64,000 nucleotides of DNA from Octopus vulgaris. Its lineage: Eukaryota. A program made the position numbers and the translations under genes. Under the pieces are notes generated by a model that saw nothing but the letters and a program-made list of their open reading frames with translations, searched no databases and was not told where the DNA came from. Below are positions 24,248 to 36,233 of this stretch, one piece after another. How positions within the stretch are numbered: position 1 is the first letter of the stretch; the number at the start of each line of letters is the position of its first letter. The stretch spans positions 24,986,001 to 25,050,000 of the forward strand of contig OX597839.1 in NCBI GenBank assembly GCA_951406725.2. Reading direction: 5' to 3'.

Positions 24248-24802
24248 TACACAGAAAAAAAACAAGGAGAGAAAAAAAATGCGTGTAGGAGCTAACAATC
24301 TATCATGGCGTTCTCTATACACACTCACACACACACACACACACACACACATATGTACATACACACATTATAAACCTCATCTTTCTACCTTTCTTTCTAT
24401 CTCTTTCTCCCTCACACATACACACCCTAAACTGTTGGAAGATTTTTTTAGCTTTACTCTTTAATTTGTTGCAATCATTTCATGTTGCCCCAGTCCACTC
24501 AGCTGGCAAGGAGTTATCCTGTGAGGGACTGGCATCCCATCCAGTGGCGGGGAGGGAATTCATATGCCATGGAAACCAACAAACCAGCCCTTATGAGCCT
24601 ACATGACTCAGGGTTACATTTTTCACTTTATACATACACATAGCAGCAGGCGTGGTTGTGTGGTAAGAAGCTTACTTCCCAACCACATGGTTCTGGGTTC
24701 AGTCCCACTGTGTGGAACCTTGGGCAGGTGTCTTCTATTATAGCTTTAGGCCAACCAAAGCCTTGTGAGTGGATTTGGCAGACAGAAACTAAAAGAACAT
24801 TG

Positions 24803-24845
<43 letters not shown>

Positions 24846-24932
24846 CAAGGAAAAATTGTAAAAATGCAGAATGCTCGATTGAAAGAAAATTTTAATGAAA
24901 TGAGAAAATGAAAAAATATATAAATATATATT

Positions 24933-24974
24933 TATTCAAACCGGTTTTCGTCATAGTTTGACTTATCAAGAATA
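24933..24974 (-). ncRNA. Minimal hammerhead motif with U3-A8 core covariation
   Basis: tattc-TTGATAA-gtca aacta tgac-GAAA-accggt-TT-gaata; palindromic AACCGGTT. Confidence 0.7.
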
Positions 24975-25969
24975 GTTAGGTGAAAAGGTTTTTAAAAATG
25001 AGAAAGGGGAAAAAAAGTTGCATTGTTTTTTGCAAAAGAATAATAATAAATATGTATAAAAATTAAAAAAATAAGTACTCCGATACATTGTGAGTTCGTT
25101 GTGTATCATGAGTTTAATGAATGTTCACGAAAAAATTACCTTGAGGTATTAGGATCCAATGGGATTAAGGCCATGTGTTGTTTGGTTTAATTTAGGCTGT
25201 TGGCAAAACAGGAAGTGGTAGTAATTGTGGTTCTTCACTTCCTGTGTTGTGAATAAGGGGAGACAACTCTTTTGAGTTCTTCAATAAAGGCTGCTGATAA
25301 AACCCCAAATTATAAAATTGTCATTTTAGCTTCATTTGCATTATCTTTTTTATGTAATTGTTTGTTAATTTAACTTTCAGATTTTAACACTTTGTTTATA
25401 TTATTTTCTAATTATATAAATTTGCATAGACAATTGCATTTCAGATTGTTATATCATAAATAATAAAGATGATGGTAATAACAACAATAGTAAAAATGAT
25501 ATTTAAAGAATATAAGTTTTTGCTTGAAGTGATGAATCTATGGTATCCTTATATATTTGTGTGAGTCCATCCATGAAGAATGAGGTAGAAAAGGGAAGTT
25601 TGATCAATGAGGAGTTTGTATATTAAGTTGTGTTTGGAATTTTTCAATAAAGAGATTCTCCTTGTTAATTCTCTCCTGTGTGGTGATGCCGTCTTTACAT
25701 TGGTAGAAGGGGAATATATAGAATTTGGGGTTTAAGTCTTTAGCGCATGTATGGAAGTATTTTGAGGTTGTGTGTGGTGTTAGGTTGGGTAGTTTTCGGT
25801 GTAATGTTATCTAGTTCTTTGGCGCGTTTTATTCCATACTCTATAAGGGTGGAGGGATATTGGCGTTGTAATAGTGTTTTTTTGAGGTCTTGAAGGCGTA
25901 TTTCTCGTGTTTTTGGATCCGAGACAATGGTGCATACCCTTTTAGCCAAATTGAAAGGGATATTTGTCC

Positions 25970-26722
25970 ACTGACATCCACATCAACATCAAAGCACCGG
26001 AGGACCTAAAACTAAGGCCCATCGTGGCTGGCACCTCCTGTGAAACACACCGCCTGAGTAATTTCCTAGACATCCTTTTGAAACCTTTCCTTACCCACAT
26101 CAAAAGTTTCATTAGGGATGATCTGGACATGCTCAAACACCTCCCGAAAACAGTTAACAAGGAGGCGCTCCTGGTATGTTTTGATGTCATCAACCTCTAC
26201 ACCAACATCCCACATGAATATGGTATAGAGGCAATTGACTTCTGGCTAGAAAAACATCCAGAGACATTCCCTGACCGCATTAACAAGACTTTTATTACAG
26301 AATCTCTCAAGTTCATTCTGACCAACAATTTTTTTCTCTTCGACGACACACACTACCGTCAAAAATGTGGTATTGCGATGGGTACCAAGGCTGCACCAGT
26401 CCTTGCGAACCTCATAATGGGTTTCTTCGAACTATCACTCTATGAAATATCACGCCAGAAATTTGGACATGTTTTCCACACCTACCTAAAGGAAAACTGG
26501 AAAAGGTATTTGGATGATTGTTTCATCATATGGAAAGAACCTTATGAAAAACTCCTGGAATTCAAAACCATACTAAACAACATACATCCCAACATCCAAT
26601 TCACTATGGAATTAAGCAAACATCATCTACCATTCCTTGATCTCCTAATTATAAAAACACCTAAGAACCAAATCATAACAGACATCTACCACAAACCCAC
26701 AGACTCACAACAGTATTTGTTA
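25970..26722 (+). pseudogene. Penelope-type reverse transcriptase core fragment (open, truncated both ends)
   Basis: LRPIVAG, CFDVINLYTNIP, QKCGIAMGTKAAP, WKRYLDDCF, LPFLDL, TDIYHKPTDSQQYL. Confidence 0.92.
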
Positions 26723-27574
26723 AATATATATATGGCAGCTTTGGCAGGTGTCTTCTACTTTAGCCTCAGGCTGACCAAAGTCTTGTGAGTGGATTTCCTT
26801 GAGGGAAACTGAAAAAATCCCATGATAAATGTGTGTGTTGACAACCAGTGTTAGTGTGTTTATGTCCCCATAACTTAGCAGTTCAGCAACAGAAGCTGAT
26901 CAAATAAGTATCAGGCTTAAAATGAAAATAAGAACTTGGGCCAATTTGCCTGACTAAAAATTCTTCCAGGCATTGCCCCAGCATGGCCAGTCTGACACAA
27001 AAGATAAGAGATGTTGGGGGGTTTCTATCGTTATGTAACAAAACACCATAAAAAAAAAAATCATGTTTTTTCACCAAAATATCTTTGAAGAAAAATAACA
27101 AGACAAAAACAAACAACAACAAAAATAGAATTTATAAATATTCTCCATTACTAATTACTGTTGTTAATTATGGTTTGAAATGTTCTGTCACCTTTTAGTT
27201 TTGATTTCTGTTCGTTAATTAAATTTAATTTAAGCTGATATGAAATTGTAAATAATCATACTGTCTCGGATATTTTGTATTTCGTATTAGGTTGATATGG
27301 TATACGATATGTCACGTTTTTGTTTTGTGTTTTAATTGCTTGAGTCATTGCACTGTGGCCATGCTGGAGCACCACCTTGAAGAAGTTTTAGTTGAATAAA
27401 TTGAACCCTGTAGATGTGTCTTTTCTAAATATTCTATCAGTCTCTATTGCTGAAATGCTAATCTACAGGGATGTAAACACACCAACACCAGATGTCAAGC
27501 AGTGGTGGGGGACAAACATAGATACAAAGACATACACATGCACAAACACACACACACACACACATACATACATA

Positions 27575-27991
27575 CTCTTTTTACTCTTTTACTTGTTTCA
27601 GTCATTTGACTGCGGCCATGCTGGAGCACTGCCTTTAATCGAGCAACTTAACCCCGGGACTTATTCATTGTAAGCCCAGTACTTATTCTATTGGTCTCTT
27701 TTGCCGAACCGCTAAGTGACAGGGACATAAACACACTAGCATCGGTTGTCAAGCAATGCTAGGGGGACAAATACAGACACACAAACATACAGACACACAC
27801 ACTTATATATATATATATACATATATACGACAAGCTTCTTTCAGTTTCCATCTACCAAATCCACTCACAAGGCTTTGGTCAGCCTGAGGCTATAGTAGAA
27901 GATACTTGCCCAAGGTGCCACGCAGTGAAACTGAACCCGGAACCGTGTGGTTCGTAAGCAAGCTACTTACCACACAGCCACTCCTGTGCCT
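27575..27991 (-). mobile_element. SINE family A
   Basis: Full reverse-complement match. Confidence 0.9.
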
Positions 27992-28036
27992 ATGTATGTA
28001 TGTATGTATGTATGTGTATATATATATATATATATA

Positions 28037-28188
28037 GGCGCAAGCGTGACTGTGTTAGTAAGAAGCCGGCTTCCCATCCATATGGTTCTGGGTTCAGTTC
28101 CACTTGGGCAAGTGTCTTCTACTATAGCCTTGGGCTGACCAAAGCCATGTAAGTGTATTTGGTAGCCAGAAACTGAAAGAAATCTGGC

Positions 28189-28222
<34 letters not shown>

Positions 28223-28435
28223 ATTTATGTGTGTCTGTCTTTGTGTCTATGTTTGTTCCCCCACCATCGCTTGAAAACCAATGTTGGTGTGTTTACATCA
28301 TAACTTTGTAGTTTGGCAAAAGAGACTGATAGAACAAGTACTAGGCTTACAAAGAATAAATCTTGGGGTCGATGTGTTCGACTAAAGGTGGTGCTCCAGC
28401 ATGGCCGCAGTCAAATTACTGAAACAAATACAAGA
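28037..28435 (+). mobile_element. SINE family A, diverged
   Basis: Head/body/tail motifs. Confidence 0.8.
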
Positions 28436-28657
28436 ATATATGTATGTGCATATATGTGTGTGTGTATATTCTTTTAGTATTTTATTCTGTGTATATATAT
28501 ATATATATATATACAGAAGCTTGCTTTCCAACCACATGGTTCTGGATGCAGACCAACTGCATGACACCTTGGGCAAGTGTCTTCTACTATAGCCTCAGGC
28601 TGACCAAATCCTTGTGAGTGGATTTGGTAGACGGAAACTGAAAAGAAACCCATTGTA

Positions 28658-28700
<43 letters not shown>

Positions 28701-28776
28701 ATAATAAAATTTTTTTGTGTTCTAGCACAACGCTTTCCTATTTGGAAGCCTCTTATTGTATTTATATGTATATATA

Positions 28777-29178
28777 GGCGCAGGAGTGGCTGTGTGGTAA
28801 GTAGTTTGCTTACCAACCACATGGTTCCGGGTTCATTCCCACTGCGTGGCATCTTGGGCAAGTGTCTTCTGCTATAGCCCCGGGCTGACCAATGCCTTGT
28901 GAGTGGATTTGGTAGACGGAAACTGAAAGAAGCCTGTCGTATATATGTATATATATATGTGTGTGTGTGTGTGTTAGTGTGTCTGTGTTTGTCCCCCTAG
29001 CATTGCTTGACAACCGATCTGGTGTGTTTACGTCACTTAGCGGTTCGGCAAAAGAGACTGATAGAATAAGTACTGGGCTTACAAAAGAATAAATCCCGGG
29101 GTCGATTTGCTCGACTAAAGGCGGTGCTCCAGCATGGCCGCAGTCAAATGACTGAAACAAGTAAAAGAAAGAAAAGAA
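28777..29178 (+). mobile_element. SINE family A
   Basis: Full match. Confidence 0.9.
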
Positions 29179-30586
29179 ATATAGATAGATAGATAGATAT
29201 AGATATATTCATTCCATTTACGACAGGCTTCTTTCAGTTTCCGTCTAGCAAATCCACTTACAATGCTCTGGTGCACCCGAGGTTATAGTAGAAGACACTT
29301 GCCCAAGGTGCCAAGCAGTGGGACTGAACCCGAAACCATGTGGTTGGGAAGCAAGCTATAATTAGTTTCAAAGTTAATTAAGGCACATGCAGTACATTTT
29401 ATCATAAATATCATAACAAAAACATTAAACTGATCTTAATTCGATCAAAATTTCATGTTAATTTATGCCTCAAACACCAAATAAATAATGACATAATTAT
29501 TTTACTAATTTCTTTGTTAATTAAAACAAACGCAATGCATTTCAACATATATATGGTCGGAAAAGGTTTAAAGAAAGCAGGATATAATGTGGTACAATTT
29601 GCATAGAAACAGATGGAATGGTCACATATGGAGCAGCTTTGATTTAAGATCCAACCACGCCAGGTTCAATCCCAGACATCAGAATGTTTCAATGACAAAA
29701 TAGCCTCTAACAGAATTTAATGTGAGAATAAAAACAGACTAATTATTTGCTAATTATCTATTTATTAATTAGATATCATAATTTATGTTTTCTTTCTTTA
29801 ATTTAATTATTTTTAATGAAGATTTGTTTTGTTTTTTTTAATTTCAGTTTTAGATTGGTTTCTTTTCTGTGGCTGCTAATGTTGTTGTTGTTGTTGTTTT
29901 TGTGATTATTTCAGCTATTTTTGTTGCTGTTGTTGTTGTTGTTGTTGCTGCTGCTGCCATTTTTGCTGTTGTTGTTGTTGTTGTTGTCATTGTTTTTGCT
30001 ATTGTTGTTTTCTGAACTGAAACAATTATAGACAAACTGATAAAAAAAAAAAGGAAAAGAAAAAGTCAAAAACAATTAAAAACAGTAATAAAGCAAAAAC
30101 ACAACAGAAAAAAAACCCCCCAAAAATGAAAATAGAAATAAAAGCATGAAAACGGGGCGGGGTGAGGGTTGGAATAAAAAGAGAAAGAGAAGCAAAGGTG
30201 AAAACAGGAATAGAAGCAGAAATGAAAACAAGAATAAAAACAAAAAATGAAAATGGGGAATTTGAAAAAAGAAAAACCAGAAATAAAACTGTAATTCTTC
30301 GTTTCTGATTCCAACCATTAAAGTTTATTAAGAAAGCCGTGGCATTGAGTTCTATAAATGTCTTGAAGTTGTCATAGCAGACAAAATGGTGAATGTCTTG
30401 TATTGAAGAATGGTGTGAAAGATGTTCCGAGAGAGAAATTCTAGCTTTCAAGACTCATTCCTGCTGATGGCAATATCTATCTTGATCGAACTGAACTCAG
30501 AAATGGTTTGGGTGTAGAAGACACCTGATCCCTTCACTAACAAAGATCCAAACTGAGTAAGGGATACAGCAGCACTGTCTTGAGAC

Positions 30587-30877
30587 ATGGCCACACTGAG
30601 CAGTTACCCAGGGACCTCATGGGTCCAAGGACCCAATTCTGATTTGTCCAGGGACCTCTTGAGTTTAGGGGCCCGATTATGATCTCTGTATGTTGTGGTT
30701 TGCTGTCAATAATTAAATACTGTAGGATCCAGTGTTTGATATGCTCAGGGGCCTCACAGGTCTAGGGGCCTAATTCTGATCTCTGTATGTAGTGGTTTGC
30801 TGTAAAAGAATAGTTACTATAGGGCCCATGGCATTGATTTACCAAGGGGAACCTATAATGCAGCCAAGATGGCCCTG
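30587..30877. mobile_element. hAT-like MITE (degenerate)
   Basis: Ends catggcca.. / ..aagatggccctg; internal subrepeats gggcc..tgatctctgtatgt..tggtttgctgt. Confidence 0.45.
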
Positions 30878-30899
30878 GGTTATAGTTTAGTTTGGGAAC

Positions 30900-31888
30900 A
30901 AAGGACACTGGATGCTTCCACTACGATAGATGAAAGCAGCTGGTTCTTTGTCAATTTACCATTCTCCAGTCAGGGTCTGATACTAATTTCACTAGGCTAC
31001 CCCTGGAAAAAGTTGCACTTTAGGTTATGCCCTAAATTACTGAACTGAAGGGGGAAATTGCGATTCCATCAACGGACAAATGAGCTAACAGACAGAAGTC
31101 AACTCAGTCGGACTTCCAGCATGGGACCTCAGCACGTCTGGTCAAAGACTTTCCTCACGTCAATCTTCACAACGAGACTTTGGGCATTGACCGATTCAGG
31201 CTAAAATGTAGACTCTTCAATGAGATGCCCAGCAATGGGAGCAACTTGCCCCTTCATATCTGTCCTTAACAATGGCCCCTAAGTTGGAAAGGATTCAGCT
31301 CCTTCCCCATTCGACACATCACAGACTTACAAACGACTTTTACCATGAGTTTTCAGGTGTCATTCCCCACAACCATGGGGCATAATAAACCAGTGTCCTT
31401 CTTCAAAGCAGCCAAATGGGTTGATATGAAAAGGTCCCAAACACTGAGGTTCGTGTTGTTGGTGAGTGCCATGACTGGCTTCAGTAGATAAGGAATGGTT
31501 TCTGTGGTTCAGAACGGTACCAAGTCTTTAACCCTTTCGTTACCAACCCGGCTGAAACCGGCTCTGGCTTTGAGTACAAATGTTTTGTTTTCATAAGTTT
31601 TGAATTAAAATCTTCCACCAAACCTTAATCACAATTTATGTTCCTAACACTAGCTTAATGATAACTAGAAGACACCTGATCCCTTCACTAACAAAGATCC
31701 AAACTGAGTAAGGGATACAGCAGCACTGTCTTGAGACATGGCCACACTGAGCAGTTACCCAGGGACCTTTGTTATATTTAAAGTAATTGAAAAAAACACA
31801 GAACATCTCAAAATAAATACGGTAACGAAAGGGTTAAGGTGACCAGGTCAGGGGCCATCAGCACCTCTGCTGTTGTTTCTGGGAAATA
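30900..31888 (-). pseudogene. Ancient CRE-like non-LTR reverse transcriptase relic, split by a piggyBac MITE
   Basis: With the MITE removed: FPRNNSRGADGP*PGHLKDLV; then ISTHLAALKKDTGLLCPMVVGNDT*KLMVKVVCKSVM..LNPFQL and LVVKIDVRKVFD, resembling CRE-clade RT domains 1-3. Confidence 0.6.
31532..31833. mobile_element. piggyBac-type MITE
   Basis: TTAA TSDs (31528-31531 / 31834-31837) and perfect 13 bp TIR CCCTTTCGTTACC. Confidence 0.92.
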
Positions 31889-32069
31889 AATATAGAAATA
31901 AAAACAGGAATAAAACTGAAACTAAGACAGAAATAAATTGATTGAATAAAAACAATGAAAAATAAGACACAAAAATGGCAAATGTGTCAGAAATGTAGAA
32001 AAAATGAAAATGGAACAGAAATGAAATGGAAAATAAAATAGAAATTGATAAATAAAAATAAGATAAACA

Positions 32070-32855
32070 GGCCCAGGAGTGGCTGTGTGGTAAGTAGCTT
32101 GCTAACCAACCACATGGTTCCGGGTTCAGTCCCACTGCGTGGCATCTTGAACAAGTGTCTTCTGCTATAGCCCCGGGCCAACCAATGCCTTGTGAGTGGA
32201 TTTGGTAGACGGAAACTGAAAGAAGCCTGTCGTATATATGTATATATATATAAATGTGTGTTCCCCTGTGTTTGTTCCCCTAGCATTGCTTGACAACCGA
32301 TGCTGGTGTGTTTACGTCCCCGTCACTTAGCGGTTCGACAAAAGAGACCGATAGAATAAGTACTGGGCTTACAAAAAAGAATAAGTCCCGGGGTCGATTT
32401 GCTCGACTAAAGGCGGTGCTCCAGCATGGCCGCAGTCAAATGACTGAAACAAGTAAAAAGAGTAAAAAAAAAGAGAGAGGCCCAGGAGTGGCTGTGTGGT
32501 AAGTAGCTTGCTAACCAACCACATGGTTCCGGGTTCAGTCCCACTGTGTGGCATCTTGGGCAAATGTCTTCTGCTATAGCCCCGGGCCAACCAATGCCTT
32601 GTGAGTGGATTTGGTAGATGGAAACTGAAAGAAGCCTGTCATATATATGTATGTGTGTGTGTTTGTCCCCCTAGCATTGCTTGACAACCGATGCTGGTGT
32701 GTTTACGTCCCCGTCACTTAGCGGTTCAGCAAAAGAGACCAATAGAATAAGCACTGGGCTTACAAAGAATAAGTCCCGGGGTCGATTTGCTCGACAAAAA
32801 GGCGGTGCTCCAGCATGGCCGCAGTCAAAATGACTGAAACAAGTAAAAGAGAAAA
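32070..32855 (+). mobile_element. Two tandem SINE family A copies
   Basis: Heads at ~32070 and ~32479, both sharing the variant ggcccaggag. Confidence 0.9.
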
Positions 32856-33347
32856 GAGAGATAACAAAATGTAACAAAAAAAATGGAAACAAAATACTAG
32901 AAAAACAGAAATAGTAATAAAAATAAAACAAATAAAATGGAAATAAGGATAAAACGAAAATAGAGAAATAAAAATGAAATGAAACAGAGAAAAAAAGAGG
33001 TATAATTAAACAGAAATAAAAGAGGTACAAAAAATAGAAATGAGAAATAAAATAGATAAATAGAAGTGAAATAAAACAGGTATAAGTGAAAACAGAAATG
33101 ACGGATATAAAATAAAACAAATAAAATAAAGCAGAAATTAGAGATATAGATGAAACAGAAAGGAAACAGAGATGAAATAAAAGATATTAATAAAACAGAA
33201 ATAATATGAATACACAAAACAGAAATGAAAGATCTAGATAAAAGAGAAATGATATATACAAAACAATACAACAAATAAACAGAAATAACATAGAACAGAA
33301 GATATAAATAAAACAGAAATATATATATAAATGAAACAGAATATATA

Positions 33348-33552
33348 TACTCTTTACTCTTTTACTTGTTTCAGTCATTTGACTGCGGCCATGCTGGAGC
33401 ACCGCCTTTAGTCGAGCAAATCGACCCCGGGACTTATTCTTTGTAAGCCCAGTACTTATTCTATCGGTCTCTTTTTGCCGAACCGCTAAGTTACGGGGAC
33501 GTAAACACACCAGCATCGGTTGTCAAGCAATGCTAGGGGGACAGACACACAT

Positions 33553-33587
<35 letters not shown>

Positions 33588-33760
33588 CATATATACGACA
33601 GGCTTATTTCAGTTTCTGTCTACCAAATCCACTCACAAGGCATTGGTCGGCCCAAGGCTATAGCAAAAGACACTTACCCATGGTGCCACGCAGTGGGACT
33701 GAACCCGCAACCATGTGGTTGGTTAGCAAGCTACTTACCACACAGCCACTCCTGCGCCTA
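33348..33760 (-). mobile_element. SINE family A
   Basis: Full reverse-complement match. Confidence 0.9.
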
Positions 33761-33879
33761 TATATATATATATATTGATAAAACTGGTAAGACAACAAAA
33801 AAAAGAAAGAGACCTTGATATTATGTAAATAGAGGAATTTATCTGTAAATGTAATATGTGGCAATTATTCGGTAGCCAT

Positions 33880-33940
33880 GATAAAACTCTGAGTATCGGA
33901 TGCTGAGGTGGAAAGCCACGCCGCCATCTCTTCAGTTATC
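33880..33940 (-). ncRNA. Hammerhead motif (GAAA mutated to GATA) in TA-anchored insert 33775-33960
   Basis: gataa-CTGAAGA-gatg..gtgg cttt ccac..catc c-GATA-ctc a gag-TT-ttatc. Confidence 0.65.
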
Positions 33941-33958
33941 CAGCCATTGGAAAAATGC

Positions 33959-33995
<37 letters not shown>

Positions 33996-34745
33996 AACAG
34001 AAATAAAACAGAAATGAAATTAGCATCAATATAAGTCCCCAAAAAGTTTTGATGTGCATAAAGAATGTTATTTGGTGATTGTGTGAGAGAGAGAGAGAGG
34101 GAAAGAGTATATGTTCTCACATGTGTTTGACTCTGTGTGTGTGTGAGTGTCAGTGTTAGTGTGTCAATGAGTTAGATGTACTCCTAGTGTCAGACTTGAA
34201 TGAGTGGGAGAGAGAGAGAGAGGGGGAGAGAAATAAAGACAGATAGATAGAAGGGGAAAAAAAAACCCCAGTTTTAATCTGTAGAATGTAAACAATTACT
34301 CCCCATCACCGATTCCCCATTATTTCCTCTTCACGCCTGCAAACATAACACACAAAAGAAACAGAAGAGTAGAACATCAACTTAGAGACACAGCAGCTAT
34401 GCTTTAGCATTTCTTTTCTTTTAATATACCATTTCCATTCTTAGAATCATCCAAAAATATGGCCTTTGGAAGTTCTCACACAGTTCTTTGTCTTCTTGAT
34501 GGTTTCCGTGTCAATCGTAACATTTAAAGAAAACAAAAAGGGAAAAAATACGAATATAAAGGAAGACGATTTCACAGCAGCTTTTTTGCATCTATACACT
34601 TCTATGTATTTCGTTTTGAATTGCTTTTACTGTTTAATATACATACACTTATGTATGTATGTATGTATGTATATATACATGTGTGTGTGTATATATATAT
34701 ATATGTGTGTGTGTGTGTATATATATATATATACATGTGTTTGTG

Positions 34746-34780
<35 letters not shown>

Positions 34781-34856
34781 TTAATATACATACACTTATG
34801 TATGTATGTATATATATATATGTGTGTGTGTGTATATATATGTGTGTGTGTGTGTG

Positions 34857-34925
<69 letters not shown>

Positions 34926-34950
34926 GTGTGTGTGTGTGTATATGTATATA

Positions 34951-35897
34951 CAGGGATTGGACAAAATAATGGAAACACCTAGCATCATAGCATCATAATT
35001 TTGAAATATCTATAAAACTGTCAAAAGCATGTTTTATTTTCATGTTTTATGATTTATTATTAGTGTTTGGCTAGAATTGCTGTTTCTTTTCAGATATCAT
35101 CAGAAAAAAGGTAATTAAAATTCATTAAAATGACAGATCTATCGGGCTTTCAAAGAGGTCAAATTGTTGGTGCTCGTATGGCAGGTACTAGCATAAAAAA
35201 AACAGCTGAAATGTTTGGTGTATTGAGAAGTACTGTCTCGAAAGTAATGGCAACCTTTGAGACAGAGGGAAAAAAACCTTCTTGTCGAAACAAAACTCCA
35301 GAACAAAACCAAAACTTTCAGATAGTGACCATCTGACTCTTACACAAATTGTTAGAAAGGATCACAAAAGTACAGCTCCCAAAATTACTGCAGGGCTTAA
35401 TAACCACCTTGAGAAACCAGTTTCCACAAAAATTGTTCACCGGGCGCTGCACAAAGCCAGATTTCATAGGAGGGCTGCAATCAGAAAATCACTACTTTCA
35501 AAAACAAACGTTGCAAAGCGATTAGAGCAGAGTAAAACCCTACAGAATTGGTCCTTAAAGCAGTGGAAGAATGTTATTTTCTCAGATGAGTCATCCTTTA
35601 CCCTATTTCCGACCACTGGCTGAGTATACGTATAGAGACAGCCAAAAGAAGCAGATGACCCAGACTGCCTTCTTCCAACTGTTAAACATTGGAGGAGGAT
35701 CTGTGATGATCATGGGGTGGGGCTATATCTTGGAAATCCGCTGGCCCAATGGTTTCCCTTCATGGCAGGATTAACAGTCAAAACCATTTAAGCATTTTAT
35801 CTGATCAAATTCATCCTATGATTGTGGAACTGTTTCCAGAGGGAAACACAATCTTTCAGGATGATAATACACCAATTCACTCAGCTAAAGTTCTTAC
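34951..35897 (+). mobile_element. Tc1-family transposon relic (frameshifted transposase, 3'-truncated)
   Basis: TA|CAGGGATTGGACAAAATAATGGAAACAC TIR; MTDLSGFQRGQIVGAR (HTH), WKNVIFSDESSF, GGSVMI, FQDDNTPIH. Confidence 0.9.
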
Positions 35898-36004
35898 TGA
35901 CACCAGTATGTGACACCAGTCTCTGCCACAATTGTGACTTTGCTCTGCTCGATGGGTCTTCTTCTCAAGCAGTTCTTCTTACATATATATATATATATAT
36001 ATAT

Positions 36005-36200
36005 TTTATTTTATAGAAGGAGCTTCTACAGGACTAGAACTGTTTCATTCAGATGAAATCTTCAGGAAGCTTCCTGAAGATTTCATCTGAATGAAACAGT
36101 TCTAGTCCTGTAGAAGCTCCTTCTATAAAATAAATTACTTTACTCTGCTATGTATTGAGTACCTTATTTACTGTGGTTAACCCCGACTCAACCCGGGACC

Positions 36201-36201
<1 letters not shown>
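36005..36201 (+). mobile_element. TA-anchored PLE-like terminus with perfect 130 bp palindrome
   Basis: 36005-36069 is the exact reverse complement of 36070-36134; unique 3' tail to 36201; (TA)n on both sides. Confidence 0.8.
36068..36118 (+). ncRNA. Type I hammerhead ribozyme motif (canonical core; mirrored on minus strand)
   Basis: agcttc-CTGAAGA-t ttc atct gaa t-GAAA-cag ttctagtc ctg-TA-gaagct. Confidence 0.8.

Positions 36202-36233
<32 letters not shown>

Larger units (their letters stand above)
24843..26722 (-). mobile_element. Penelope-like element, 5'-inverted and internally deleted
   Basis: Minus: thumb TNIPFNLAKRVCTIVSD..(25968-25750) joined to GIY-YIG C-terminus CAKDLNPKF..RINKENLFIEKFQTQLN (stop 25604-25606), then an AT-rich 3' region with an HHR. 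RT core is on the opposite strand; both ends lie in (TA)n. Confidence 0.85.

Noticed and set aside
25964-26788. RT ORF as telomerase, retron or domesticated gene
   Set aside because: Motifs and adjacent thumb/GIY-YIG pieces identify a truncated, rearranged Penelope-like element; the ORF end runs into a SINE.
27404-27420. accctgtagat resembling the 5' end of miR-10
   Set aside because: The match stops after ~11 nt, there is no hairpin, and it lies in a decayed SINE A tail.
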